From assembly GCA_963823995.1 (NCBI GenBank), contig CAWGNQ010000005.1, forward strand, positions 514,510-578,509: DNA of 64,000 nt. Direction: 5' to 3'. The stretch comes from an uncultured Acidobacteriota bacterium (lineage in GTDB: Bacteria > Acidobacteriota > UBA6911 > RPQK01 > JAPXNP01). Position numbers and translations under genes: made by a program. The notes under the pieces are model-generated. The model had not been told where the DNA came from. It did not search any database and saw only the letters and a list, made by a program, of their open reading frames with translations. Positions 47,171-55,726 of the stretch are shown here, piece after piece (the first letter of the stretch is position 1; each line of letters begins with the position of its first letter).

Positions 47171-49270
47171 ATGAAAGCCAAGGACCGCGTTCGAATCCTG
47201 GCATGGCTCGCCCTGCTGTTCCTCATCGCATCCGGAAGCGCACTCTTTGCCCAGGATCAGCCTTGGACCGCCCCGGTACGAGGCTCTTGGGTCCAGACCG
47301 GACCTGCCGGCGCCGGAGACATCGTACTGGCCGACCAGGGTGACGGCTGTGAAATCGTTCTCGGCGGCGGCGAGAACTCGATCGTCCGACAGGCCGCGGA
47401 ATTCCTGGCAGGCGACATCGAAAGGATCAGCGGATACCGTCCACGGATCGTCGGCCAAGCCGGCGGGGATCGCGTCGCCATCCGGCTCGTCACACTGGGA
47501 CAGGGGCCGACACCTGAAGGAATCGACGCCGATTCAATGCAGGGGCAGTGGGAGGCCTACCGGGTCCTGACCGACGGCAAAACGGTCTGGCTCGTCGGAT
47601 CGGATTCCCGCGGTACCGCCTATGCTGCGTATACGCTCGCCGAGCGGCTGGGCATCGACCCGCTCTATCACTGGACCGGGTATACACCGGAGCACCATGA
47701 CCCTCTCGTGCTCAAGGCGACGCAACTCTCTCAGGGCCCGCCGACCTTCCGTTTCCGCGGGTTCTTCCATGACGACGAGGACATTCTGCCGCGGCCTTTC
47801 GATGAAAACGACTACCCACTGCAGACCGGCGATGTGGCGCTCGACTGGTACAAGCGGTTCTTTGAGACGGCGTTGCGGCTTCGCATGAACATGGTCGCCC
47901 CCTACACGCGAGTGCACCGGCGTTTCGAGATCCAGAAACTGGGAAGCGACTGGGGCCTTTACTATACGTCGCACCACTACGACATCCTGGTCTCCAACCC
48001 CTGGGGCCTGGAGCGCTTCGACCTGGCTGCGGAGCGGGGCGTCCGCCCGGAGTGGAATTGGTTCACCAATAGGGACGGCATGCTCAGGTTCTGGCGCGGA
48101 GGAGTCGAGGAGAACCGCAGCATCGACGTGATCTGGCCCGTGGGTATGCGGGGCACAGCCGACCGCCCCTACATCTTTCCTCCGGGCATCACGGACGCCG
48201 ACAAGGCCCGGGTCTTCCGCCAGGCCATCCAGGATCAGGTCAACATGGTCAAGGAGCTGCTGCCCGAGGGAAAGACCCCTTTGTTCCATTTCACGATGTA
48301 TACCGAGATGCTCGATCAGTACCTGCGCAATCCGGATGCCTTTGACCTTCCCGACGACGTGATCATCGTCTGGCCGGACGACAACAACGGGCACATGCGG
48401 GCGCTGCCGAAGACGCTCGGCAGGTGGAAGCACGGAGTCTACTACCACCTCGCTTACCTCGGCGGAAACCTGAGCAAGCAGAACACGCACATCGTCGCCC
48501 CGGCGACGATCGCCGACGAGTTCGACAAGATCGTCCAGGCCGGCGCGACCGAGTTCATGCTGGTCAACGTCTCGGAGCTGCGCGAATACGTCATGGGTGC
48601 GCGTATGCTCTCCGACATCACCTGGAACGCCTCCACGGCACTTGCAGCGACCCATCCGCCCGACCGATTCGTCGGCTGGTGGAGCCGGGAGTATTTCGGC
48701 GCCCCGGCCGCCGATGCGACGAAGGCCGTCTACCAGCAGTACTACACGCTTCTCGACACTCCGGACAAACTGTGGCTGGCCTCGGATGCGATTCAGGAAT
48801 CGCTGGATCAGCTCTACGGCAGGGTCGCAGGGCAGACATACGGTCCGCTCAACGCGGAACTCCTCGATCTCCTGCAATCGAGAGGCCCCAAGCTGGCGGA
48901 ATCCCTGGCCGCAGCCGAGCAGGCAAAACGGCAGATGTCTCCCGAACAGCAGCAGTACTTCACGGAAAACGCCGAGCTTGGCCTGCGTCTGGCCGAGCGA
49001 CAGAACCGGGCGGCGCGCAAGCTGGCTGAAGCCCTTCAGGCTCGCGACGATGCCGAGATGTGGCGGCTGGTCGAAGAAGCCCGCACACCTCTCGAACAGC
49101 TCGAAATGGAATTGCACTGGGCCGAACATCCCCCATTCGACACCTGGTACCGCGAAAGCTGGATCCGCTCGGAATTCTCGCGCAACAATCCGCACCGGTC
49201 CTACAACGAACTGCGAGCTTTCCTGACCAGTCAAGGCCGCAGCCGTCCGGTCCGGCCTGCGCGACGGTGA
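47171..49270 (+). CDS. Glycoside hydrolase family 115 (xylan alpha-1,2-glucuronidase-like), secreted
   Basis: WPDDNNG motif and domain order typical of GH115. Signal peptide MKAKDRVRILAWLALLFLIASGSALFA. AAGGAGAG RBS. Confidence 0.85.
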   Translation: MKAKDRVRILAWLALLFLIASGSALFAQDQPWTAPVRGSWVQTGPAGAGDIVLADQGDGCEIVLGGGENSIVRQAAEFLAGDIERISGYRPRIVGQAGGDRVAIRLVTLGQGPTPEGIDADSMQGQWEAYRVLTDGKTVWLVGSDSRGTAYAAYTLAERLGIDPLYHWTGYTPEHHDPLVLKATQLSQGPPTFRFRGFFHDDEDILPRPFDENDYPLQTGDVALDWYKRFFETALRLRMNMVAPYTRVHRRFEIQKLGSDWGLYYTSHHYDILVSNPWGLERFDLAAERGVRPEWNWFTNRDGMLRFWRGGVEENRSIDVIWPVGMRGTADRPYIFPPGITDADKARVFRQAIQDQVNMVKELLPEGKTPLFHFTMYTEMLDQYLRNPDAFDLPDDVIIVWPDDNNGHMRALPKTLGRWKHGVYYHLAYLGGNLSKQNTHIVAPATIADEFDKIVQAGATEFMLVNVSELREYVMGARMLSDITWNASTALAATHPPDRFVGWWSREYFGAPAADATKAVYQQYYTLLDTPDKLWLASDAIQESLDQLYGRVAGQTYGPLNAELLDLLQSRGPKLAESLAAAEQAKRQMSPEQQQYFTENAELGLRLAERQNRAARKLAEALQARDDAEMWRLVEEARTPLEQLEMELHWAEHPPFDTWYRESWIRSEFSRNNPHRSYNELRAFLTSQGRSRPVRPARR

Positions 49271-49299
49271 TACCGTGCAGTCTCGAATTGTGTGTGTCG

Positions 49300-51180
49300 T
49301 TAATCTCTCAGAGGCCTCACTGGCATGCTGGCCAGTTGACTGGGACGGGTCTGGAGAACCGTCGCCGCCGTTCGTCCGGTGGCCGTGACCTTCAGGATGC
49401 CCTGGAACTTCGTGAAGTCGACCTCGGTGTCCCATTCGAACTGGTCGACGTAGATCGCCTTCTGACCGAGGGGCGCCAGATCGACCGGGGCGGCGGTCGA
49501 GACCAACTCGCCGGTTGTGGAGTAGAGCTCGGCGGTCAGGGTCGTTCCGGATTGTGCGAGATTCTGGACCGCGACCCCCGTGTTCAGTCCGCGGGACCGG
49601 TCGGTCTGCATCGGCGCCGTGAAGCCTTCGGAGAGCGCGACACTGTTGCCCACGCCGGCCAGTCCGAAGGCCCCTCCGAAAGCGATGACTGCGGAGATAT
49701 TCGACGACGCCTCGATTCGGGCAGAACCGACCACGACCTCGCCGGCCCCGTCGGTTCGGAGAGTTCGAACGCCGTAGGGCGGGATCGTGATTTCATAACG
49801 TCCCGTGTGAGCCGTGCCGGGGATGGTGATTTCATCGCCGGTCACATCGAAGGTGAGGTCGACTCCCTCGGTATCTCTGAGCAGCAAGCCGACGGTCTCT
49901 TCTTCAGCGCCCGTGTTCGTCGCCGTGACCTCGCTCGACAGTCCCTGCCCGTCGGCGAACTGGGCAAAATTGAGGTAGCTGCCGAGGGTGATCAGCTCGA
50001 CGGTCAGAGTGGCACCGCCTCCGACCTGATTGCTTCCTGCCAGACGACGCTGCGAGCCCATGGCGTCTGTCGGGAGCGACACGGCCACCAGGTACTGGCT
50101 GGGATTCACGATCGCCATGCCGGTCCAGGGTGTCTGATCCCACTGCTGACGAATCCTGGAAGTCGAAGCGTTTCCGTCCGGGGACACCCGGGTCAACGTG
50201 AAGCGGTTGTCCTGGGTCGGGAGGATGACGTTGTTGACGGCTCCCCAACGGCTCTCGGTGGCAAACAGATTGAGGGAAGGAACGGCGGAAAAGGACCCAC
50301 TGAACTGCTGGATGAGCTTCTTGTAGTTCAGCGTGGCGTCCGTTCCATTGACGCTGTATGCCGTGGCGCCCGGACCGATCTGTCCGGGCGGGATGAAGAA
50401 AGCACCGATTACGTCATCGCCCGATTCCTCGATCTTGCTTCGGAAGTAGCCGTTGAACCCGCTCGGAACCGCGCCGCTGTAGAGGTTCACGCTCGCCTTC
50501 AGACTCCCGGAAAAGTCGAACTGGTGCAGGTTGTAGTCCAGCCGATTCGTGAAGACTTCATCGGCCGCCAGCCAAAGATCGTCGTCACTCGCACAGAGGG
50601 CGGCCTCGATCGACCCGAACTGGGCGTCCCAGTGCGTTCCCGTCCCGGAATAGTTGAACTCCAGATTCCAGTTCAGCGAATCTCGCTTCCAGATGTCGTA
50701 GTTGCCTGCGGTCGGATCATAGAGGGCACCCCAGATGGCGTTCGTGTTCGCCGCGAAGGTCGCGTTGGCGTAACCGTCGGAGGGCACTTCGCTCGTCGTC
50801 CACTGACTGTTCAGGTAGCATGCAAGGTTCGCCCTGGAGCCCTTCATGAAGCTGAAACAGGGGGCATTCATGACCGTGTGGAGCCCATAGCAGGATCCTT
50901 CGCACAGGGTCTGGCTCTGGGGATTGCTCAGGAGTCCGTCGTCGCTGTCGCTCCAGAAGACCTTCAGTCGGTTCTGTCCGGTGCCTCCGGCGATGTTGGC
51001 CAGGGCCCGAAGGACTCCCATCGATATGATTTCGGTTTCGTAGGGAGATGGATCATCCAGCGTCAGATAGCCTCTCTGGACCGACTCGATTCCCTCGGGA
51101 TCATCGCAGGGACAATGACTGTAGCCGCCGAGACAAATCAAGGAAAGCACACCTACCAATGAGAAACCGCGCCGTGACAT
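49300..51180 (-). CDS. Hypothetical secreted protein (about 626 aa) with C-terminal beta-sandwich-like repeats
   Basis: Signal peptide MSRRGFSLVGVLSLICLGGYS. GGAGG RBS before the ATG at 51180. No family recognised. The opposing 700-aa + ORF is Arg-rich antisense. Confidence 0.6.
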   Translation of the reverse strand: MSRRGFSLVGVLSLICLGGYSHCPCDDPEGIESVQRGYLTLDDPSPYETEIISMGVLRALANIAGGTGQNRLKVFWSDSDDGLLSNPQSQTLCEGSCYGLHTVMNAPCFSFMKGSRANLACYLNSQWTTSEVPSDGYANATFAANTNAIWGALYDPTAGNYDIWKRDSLNWNLEFNYSGTGTHWDAQFGSIEAALCASDDDLWLAADEVFTNRLDYNLHQFDFSGSLKASVNLYSGAVPSGFNGYFRSKIEESGDDVIGAFFIPPGQIGPGATAYSVNGTDATLNYKKLIQQFSGSFSAVPSLNLFATESRWGAVNNVILPTQDNRFTLTRVSPDGNASTSRIRQQWDQTPWTGMAIVNPSQYLVAVSLPTDAMGSQRRLAGSNQVGGGATLTVELITLGSYLNFAQFADGQGLSSEVTATNTGAEEETVGLLLRDTEGVDLTFDVTGDEITIPGTAHTGRYEITIPPYGVRTLRTDGAGEVVVGSARIEASSNISAVIAFGGAFGLAGVGNSVALSEGFTAPMQTDRSRGLNTGVAVQNLAQSGTTLTAELYSTTGELVSTAAPVDLAPLGQKAIYVDQFEWDTEVDFTKFQGILKVTATGRTAATVLQTRPSQLASMPVRPLRD

Positions 51181-51409
51181 CGAACCCTCCCCTCTTAAGG
51201 ACGAATGCAGGCGCATCCGTCGAAGAAACCGGTAAGAAATTGGGGTGATTCTACTCCTCTCGAATGCAATGTCAATATGTTCCCCATATTTCCATTTCAA
51301 AGAACCAGCAGGACACAGCGAAGGCGCGGGTTGGAGGACTCTTTGGGTTCTGAGGAGTGCTCTTTGTCCGTAGAAACGACGGGGAATCCTCTTGCAGCTT
51401 GCCCAATAC

Positions 51410-51476
51410 GTGCCAGACATGACCAAAAATCGCGTGTTGGCAACACGTTACGATCGACTTACGTGCGTGTCACCGA
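51410..51476 (-). repeat. Copy E of the 3'-flanking repeat element (inverted orientation)
   Basis: The reverse complement reads aatcGGTGACACGCACGTAagtcgatCGTAACGtgttgccaacacgcgatttttggtcaTGTCTGGcac. Starts about 45 nt after the stop of the small membrane-protein gene at 51520. Contains the perfect palindrome CGTGTTGGCAACACG. Confidence 0.75.
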
Positions 51477-51519
51477 TTTCCTCACCGATTTCCGAGTCGC
51501 CGGAGGCGTCGCTTCGCGG

Positions 51520-51786
51520 TCAGTCAGCTCTTCTCTTGGTAGCGTTGTGTCGAACCCAGGACGCGATTAGATGACCGAGCAGAGCCATGAATGCAGCATA
51601 AACGAAAGTAGGGAGTAGCCAGCTCGTCAGGGTTTCGAGGAGGAACCACCAGTGGGTTCCCTCAGGACCGTGGAAGACGCCACTTGGGTTCTCAAGCCAA
51701 TTCCACAGGGTCATGCCGATCGAGATCAGAGCGGATACCGACACTCCAACCTTGAGACCAAATCGGACGGACTTCATCGGGTTCAT
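51520..51786 (-). CDS. Small membrane protein (about 88 aa)
   Basis: MNPMKSVRFGLKVGVSVSALISIGMTLW ... FVYAAFMALLGHLIASW. Two TM segments. Weak RBS. Start at 51786 or 51777. Confidence 0.45.
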   Translation of the reverse strand: MNPMKSVRFGLKVGVSVSALISIGMTLWNWLENPSGVFHGPEGTHWWFLLETLTSWLLPTFVYAAFMALLGHLIASWVRHNATKRRAD

Positions 51787-52073
51787 GGGCAGACTATGAT
51801 CGCACCCTTGTTCCGGAGATGAGAAGAGCTCGAGTGACGCCGAACGCTGGACGGCTTTCGCCGAGGTGTTCGATTCGGCGCGGCTCGGGCCCGGATGGCT
51901 TGGCGATTCGCGGAAAAGCGGGATCGGACTCTGCCCCACGACTGCCTGCACGCCCTGCCCGGCTCCGCCGGCTACGAGATGGACGCCGGCATCTTCAAGA
52001 AATGACAGTACCGTCCGCCCCCCGCTCCGTGTCCGCCGTGGGGCGGGAAGCCCGAATGAGTCGATTGGACTTG

Positions 52074-52099
52074 AAATTAGGAATAATCCTAATTAGGAT
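52074..52099. promoter_or_regulatory. Candidate operator for the ArsR-family regulator: three alternating AATTAGGA half-sites including a perfect 14-bp palindrome ATCCTAATTAGGAT
   Basis: aAATTAGGAataaTCCTAATTAGGAtag lies 8-33 bp upstream of the regulator ATG at 52107. The perfect palindrome spans 52086-52099. Confidence 0.45.
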
Positions 52100-52106
52100 A
52101 GTTCCT

Positions 52107-52427
52107 ATGAACTTGATCTTCAAAGCCCTCAGCCATCCGGCGCGGCGGCGGATCATCGCCATGCTGCAGAAGGGCCCACTCACTTCCGGTGAGATCGCGG
52201 CCGAGTTCGACATGGCGTGGCCTTCCGTCACCGGCCACCTGGCGGCGCTCAAAGAGGCGGACCTGGTCGAGACGGAGCGTCGCGGCAACACCGTACGCTA
52301 TCGTCTCAACATCTCGGCCGCCGAGGAAGCAGTCGGCTTCCTGCTCGGCCTGATGCAGGCGGCAAGACCGGCGCGGCGGCCCGGCGAAACGCCTTCGCAC
52401 GAACCTTTGAGGACTAAACCGGCATGA
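52107..52427 (+). CDS. ArsR/SmtB-family HTH transcriptional regulator (SdpR-like)
   Basis: LSHPARRRIIAMLQKGPLTSGEIAAEFDMAWPSVTGHLAALKEADLV winged-HTH. Stop overlaps the next start (ATGA). Confidence 0.85.
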   Translation: MNLIFKALSHPARRRIIAMLQKGPLTSGEIAAEFDMAWPSVTGHLAALKEADLVETERRGNTVRYRLNISAAEEAVGFLLGLMQAARPARRPGETPSHEPLRTKPA

Positions 52428-53068
52428 CCGACAACGAAAAGGGCGACTTCGATTTCCTGGAGAGAGCCGGCTTTGTACTGATGGCGCTCCAAATCGCCAT
52501 TTTCGGCTACATGTGGGTGGCGGAAGGTCTCGAGCGAGCCTCGGACGGTTTTCCCATCTTCGTCGTGTGCACCGGAGTCTTCCTCGCGGGCCAGCGAAGG
52601 CTGGTCGTCAGGCCTCCCAATCGCGGTGCGGCGCGGTGGATCCTCGCCTCGCGCGCGACGGTGCTGGCGTTCCTCACGCTCGGCACCCTGGCAGTCGGTT
52701 TCCATCGCATCGTGCCCAGCACAGCCCCCGCGCCACAGTTTATACTCCGCGTCCTGTTCGCCCTGCTCTGGGTTGTCATCGCGCTCAAAGGGGCGGCCGT
52801 GGGCAAGCTGAAGCCGGGCAGCGCCATGGGCCTGTGCGTCTCCTGGACAAGACACAGCCGACTCGCCTGGGACCGGGCACATCGCACATTGGGGCGCATC
52901 TTGTTCTGGGGCGGGCTCATTGGATTGGCGACGAGTCTCATCGTCGCCCCGCTCACCTCGATGGCGATGTGGGCCGCCACGGTCGCCGTCGCCGTCGCGG
53001 CGGCGCTGATCGAAAGCTGGCGCACCTGGCGCCTCGATCCCGACCGTTCCAGCGGGCGCCCCGCTTGA
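52424..53068 (+). CDS. Polytopic membrane protein, putative SdpI/YhfL-family partner of the ArsR-type regulator
   Basis: About 214 aa with 5-6 hydrophobic helices. Translationally coupled to the ArsR gene, as in sdpR-sdpI pairs. Family assignment is inferred from context. Confidence 0.55.
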   Translation: MTDNEKGDFDFLERAGFVLMALQIAIFGYMWVAEGLERASDGFPIFVVCTGVFLAGQRRLVVRPPNRGAARWILASRATVLAFLTLGTLAVGFHRIVPSTAPAPQFILRVLFALLWVVIALKGAAVGKLKPGSAMGLCVSWTRHSRLAWDRAHRTLGRILFWGGLIGLATSLIVAPLTSMAMWAATVAVAVAAALIESWRTWRLDPDRSSGRPA

Positions 53069-53145
53069 GCTCCACCGGCGGGGCCGGTCCCTGCGAGGCT
53101 GTAAGTAATCGAAAGGGGACGGAATGGAAGTCCAGGGCCACCGTT

Positions 53146-53195
53146 CAAAAACCAGGAAGGCCTGGCAGCTGCCAGGCCTTCCTGGTTTCAAACGT
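53146..53195. terminator. Bidirectional rho-independent terminator (17-18 bp GC-rich stem with T/A runs on both sides)
   Basis: aaaaaCCAGGAAGGCCCTGGCAG|CTGCCAGGCCTTCCTGGtttcaaacgttt. Lies 13 nt downstream of the tRNA-Leu 3' end (minus strand) and about 80 nt downstream of the SdpI-like gene (plus strand). Confidence 0.7.
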
Positions 53196-53196
53196 T

Positions 53197-53284
53197 TGGT
53201 GCCGGAGGCGGGATTTGAACCCGCACACCCTTTCGGGCGCCACCCCCTCAAGATGGTGTGTCTGCCAAGTTCCACCACTCCGGC
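53197..53284 (-). tRNA. tRNA-Leu (anticodon GAG) with long variable arm and encoded CCA
   Basis: Minus-strand GCCGGAGTGGTGGAACTTGGCAGACACACCATCTTGAGGGGGTGGCGCCCGAAAGGGTGTGCGGGTTCAAATCCCGCCTCCGGCACCA. Acceptor GCCGGAG/CTCCGGC. Anticodon stem CCATC/GGTGG with loop TTGAGGG (U33, GAG). T-loop TTCAAAT. Confidence 0.9.
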
Positions 53285-53296
53285 ACACAAGGCCAG

Positions 53297-53755
53297 TTAC
53301 TGCCCGGAACCGCCCTCTTGTGGAGGATTCGCTTGCTGGGAACCGCCTCCGGTAGAAGGGCTCGACTGCTGGGTACCGCCGCTGGCGGGGGGATTCGCCT
53401 GCTGCGAGCCGCCGCCTTCGGAAGCAGGCGGCTGAGCGGGCTGTGCAGGCGTCGTCGACGGCTGCTCGGCCGGCGTTTGGGGCTGCGTCGCTGCCGGTGA
53501 CTGCTCCATGATGCTCGTTTCAGTCGCCCGCGAATAGAAGATCGCCAGGCCCAGCGAGGTCAACATGAAGACGATCGCTGCCGTCGCCGTCGCTTTCGTC
53601 AGCACCGTGGCCGCACTCCGGACGCCGAAAGCCGTCTGGCTCGACGTTCCGCCAAAGGCGGAAGCCAGGTCGCCGGCCTTGCCGGACTGCAGCAGGACTA
53701 CCATGATCAGCACCAACGCTGAAATAACATGCAGGATCGTCAACACAATGAACAT
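53297..53755 (-). CDS. secG: Preprotein translocase subunit SecG with a low-complexity Q/P/S/G-rich C-terminal tail
   Basis: Canonical SecG N-terminus MFIVLTILHVISALVLIMVVLLQSGKAGDLASAFGG. Tail repeats GGSQQANPP. Confidence 0.9.
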   Translation of the reverse strand: MFIVLTILHVISALVLIMVVLLQSGKAGDLASAFGGTSSQTAFGVRSAATVLTKATATAAIVFMLTSLGLAIFYSRATETSIMEQSPAATQPQTPAEQPSTTPAQPAQPPASEGGGSQQANPPASGGTQQSSPSTGGGSQQANPPQEGGSGQ

Positions 53756-53759
53756 TGCT

Positions 53760-54512
53760 TCAGTACTTCACAATTTGTGCAAAGGACTCGGCTTTAAGAC
53801 TTGCTCCGCCGACCAATGCACCGTCAATATCGGGTTGAGCCATCAGTTCCGCGATGTTGCCGGGCTTGACGCTTCCTCCGTACAGGATGCGCACCCCTTC
53901 AGAGAGTTTCTCCGAATAGGTATCCCGAAGCCAGCCTCGAATCATGGCGTGAACTTCTTCAGCGATCTCGGGGGTCGCCGTACGGCCGGTGCCGATTGCC
54001 CACACCGGTTCGTAAGCGACGATGATACGGGATACCTCATCTTCTGTCAACGCGTCAAGACCCCGCCGCATCTGGCCCAGGACCACATCCTCCACGCGGT
54101 CGGCTTCCCTCTCATCCAGTGTTTCACCGACGCAGAGAATCGGCGTCAAGGGAGTCCCGAGAGCCGCAGTCAGCTTGCGCGCAATCGTCTCGTCCGCTTC
54201 GTTGAAAATATGCCGGCGTTCCGAATGGCCCAGGATGACGAACCGACAACCACAATCCTGCAGCATGCCCAGGGAGATCTCTCCCGTAAAGGCCCCTTCG
54301 GCCTCCCAGTGCACATTCTGCGCGCCCAATTGGATCGTCGAGCCCTCCAGCGCCTTCGCCGCCGCGGCCAGGCTGGTGAAGGCAGGGCAAACCACCACCT
54401 CCACCGCCTGATAACCGTCCACTTTCTGGCGAAGCCCCTGAATGGTGCTGACCACCTCGGACTGCGTCTTATACATCTTCCAGTTACCGGCAATCACAGG
54501 CTTTCGCGCCAT
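53760..54512 (-). CDS. tpiA: Triosephosphate isomerase
   Basis: AGNWKM, active-site AYEPVWAIGTG, YGGS. Confidence 0.95.
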   Translation of the reverse strand: MARKPVIAGNWKMYKTQSEVVSTIQGLRQKVDGYQAVEVVVCPAFTSLAAAAKALEGSTIQLGAQNVHWEAEGAFTGEISLGMLQDCGCRFVILGHSERRHIFNEADETIARKLTAALGTPLTPILCVGETLDEREADRVEDVVLGQMRRGLDALTEDEVSRIIVAYEPVWAIGTGRTATPEIAEEVHAMIRGWLRDTYSEKLSEGVRILYGGSVKPGNIAELMAQPDIDGALVGGASLKAESFAQIVKY

Positions 54513-54522
54513 CAGTCCACCT

Positions 54523-55722
54523 TTACTTGTCCGTTAGGATCGCGATTCCGGGAAGCTGCTTGCCCGAGAGGAACTCGAGCGAAGCACCACCACCCGTCGA
54601 GATATGTGAGATCTTGTCCGTGACACCGGCCTTCTTCACGGCGGACACCGAATCGCCGCCACCGATCAGGCTGAAGGCCCCACTGGCGGCGACCGCCTCG
54701 GCGATCGCGAGCGTCCCCTTGGCAAACTGCTCGATTTCGAACACGCCGAGAGGCCCGTTCCAGATGACCGTCCCCGCTCCTGTGAGCTTCGATTTGAAGT
54801 CGGCGATGGTCTTGGGGCCGATGTCCAGTCCCATCCAGTCGGAAGGGATACCGCCAGCAGCCACGACGCGGGATTCGACACCGACCTCGAGGCGAGGCGC
54901 AGCCACCACATCGACCGGGAGCGCAAAGTCGGTCCCTTTCTTTCCGGCTTCGGCCAGGAAGCTGCGGGCCACGTCCAGCTTGTCCTCCTCGAGCAGCGAC
55001 TTGCCGATCTCCTTCCCCTGTGCTTTGAAGAAGGTGAATGCCATGCCACCACCGAGCAGAATGCGATCAGCCAGGCCGAGAAAGTTCTCGATCACCTCGA
55101 TCTTGTCCGAGACCTTGGCTCCACCAAAGATGGCCACGACGGGCTTTTCCGCATGGTAGAGGACCCGCGAAAGCGCTTCCAGCTCTTTGTCGATCAACAG
55201 CCCGGCAGCACCCTTCCCGAGTGCTCGAGGCACGCCGACCGTGGACGCGTGAGCCCGATGGGCGGTGCCGAAAGCGTCGTTGACGTACTCGTCGGCCAGA
55301 CTCGCAAGGCTCTTCGCGAAATCGGGGTCATTTTTGGTCTCACCGTTGTAGAACCGGACATTTTCGAGCACAAGAACCTTTCCGCGCTCCAGTTTGTCCA
55401 CCGCCGCCGTGACCTTGTCTCCGATACAGTCGTCAACGAAGGACACGTCTTCACCGAGCAGTTCCCCGAGGCGACGGGCGACCGGTTCCAGTGAGAACTC
55501 AGGCTTCCGCTCGCCCTTGGGACGGCCCAGGTGGGAGGCCAGGATCACCCGGCCGCCCTTCTCCTTGACCAATCGAATCGTGGGCAGAGCGGCCCGGATC
55601 CGCGTGTCGTCGCCGACCTCGCCGTCGCTGACGGGTACATTGAAGTCAACACGGATGAAGACTCTCTTTCCTTCGAGATCGAGGTCACGAACCGACTTTT
55701 TGGGCTTCGTCTGTTCAGCCAT
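54523..55722 (-). CDS. pgk: Phosphoglycerate kinase
   Basis: N-terminal RVDFNVP, substrate-binding ASHLGRP, overall 399 aa. Confidence 0.95.
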   Translation of the reverse strand: MAEQTKPKKSVRDLDLEGKRVFIRVDFNVPVSDGEVGDDTRIRAALPTIRLVKEKGGRVILASHLGRPKGERKPEFSLEPVARRLGELLGEDVSFVDDCIGDKVTAAVDKLERGKVLVLENVRFYNGETKNDPDFAKSLASLADEYVNDAFGTAHRAHASTVGVPRALGKGAAGLLIDKELEALSRVLYHAEKPVVAIFGGAKVSDKIEVIENFLGLADRILLGGGMAFTFFKAQGKEIGKSLLEEDKLDVARSFLAEAGKKGTDFALPVDVVAAPRLEVGVESRVVAAGGIPSDWMGLDIGPKTIADFKSKLTGAGTVIWNGPLGVFEIEQFAKGTLAIAEAVAASGAFSLIGGGDSVSAVKKAGVTDKISHISTGGGASLEFLSGKQLPGIAILTDK

Positions 55723-55726
55723 GGAA

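Noticed and set aside
47534-49435. 633-aa minus ORF
   Set aside because: Antisense of the GH115 gene.
49060-51162. 700-aa plus ORF
   Set aside because: Antisense of the secreted hypothetical protein gene. G/R/D-rich with no motifs.
52298-53290. 330-aa minus ORF
   Set aside because: Antisense of the ArsR and membrane-protein genes. It also runs through the tRNA-Leu.
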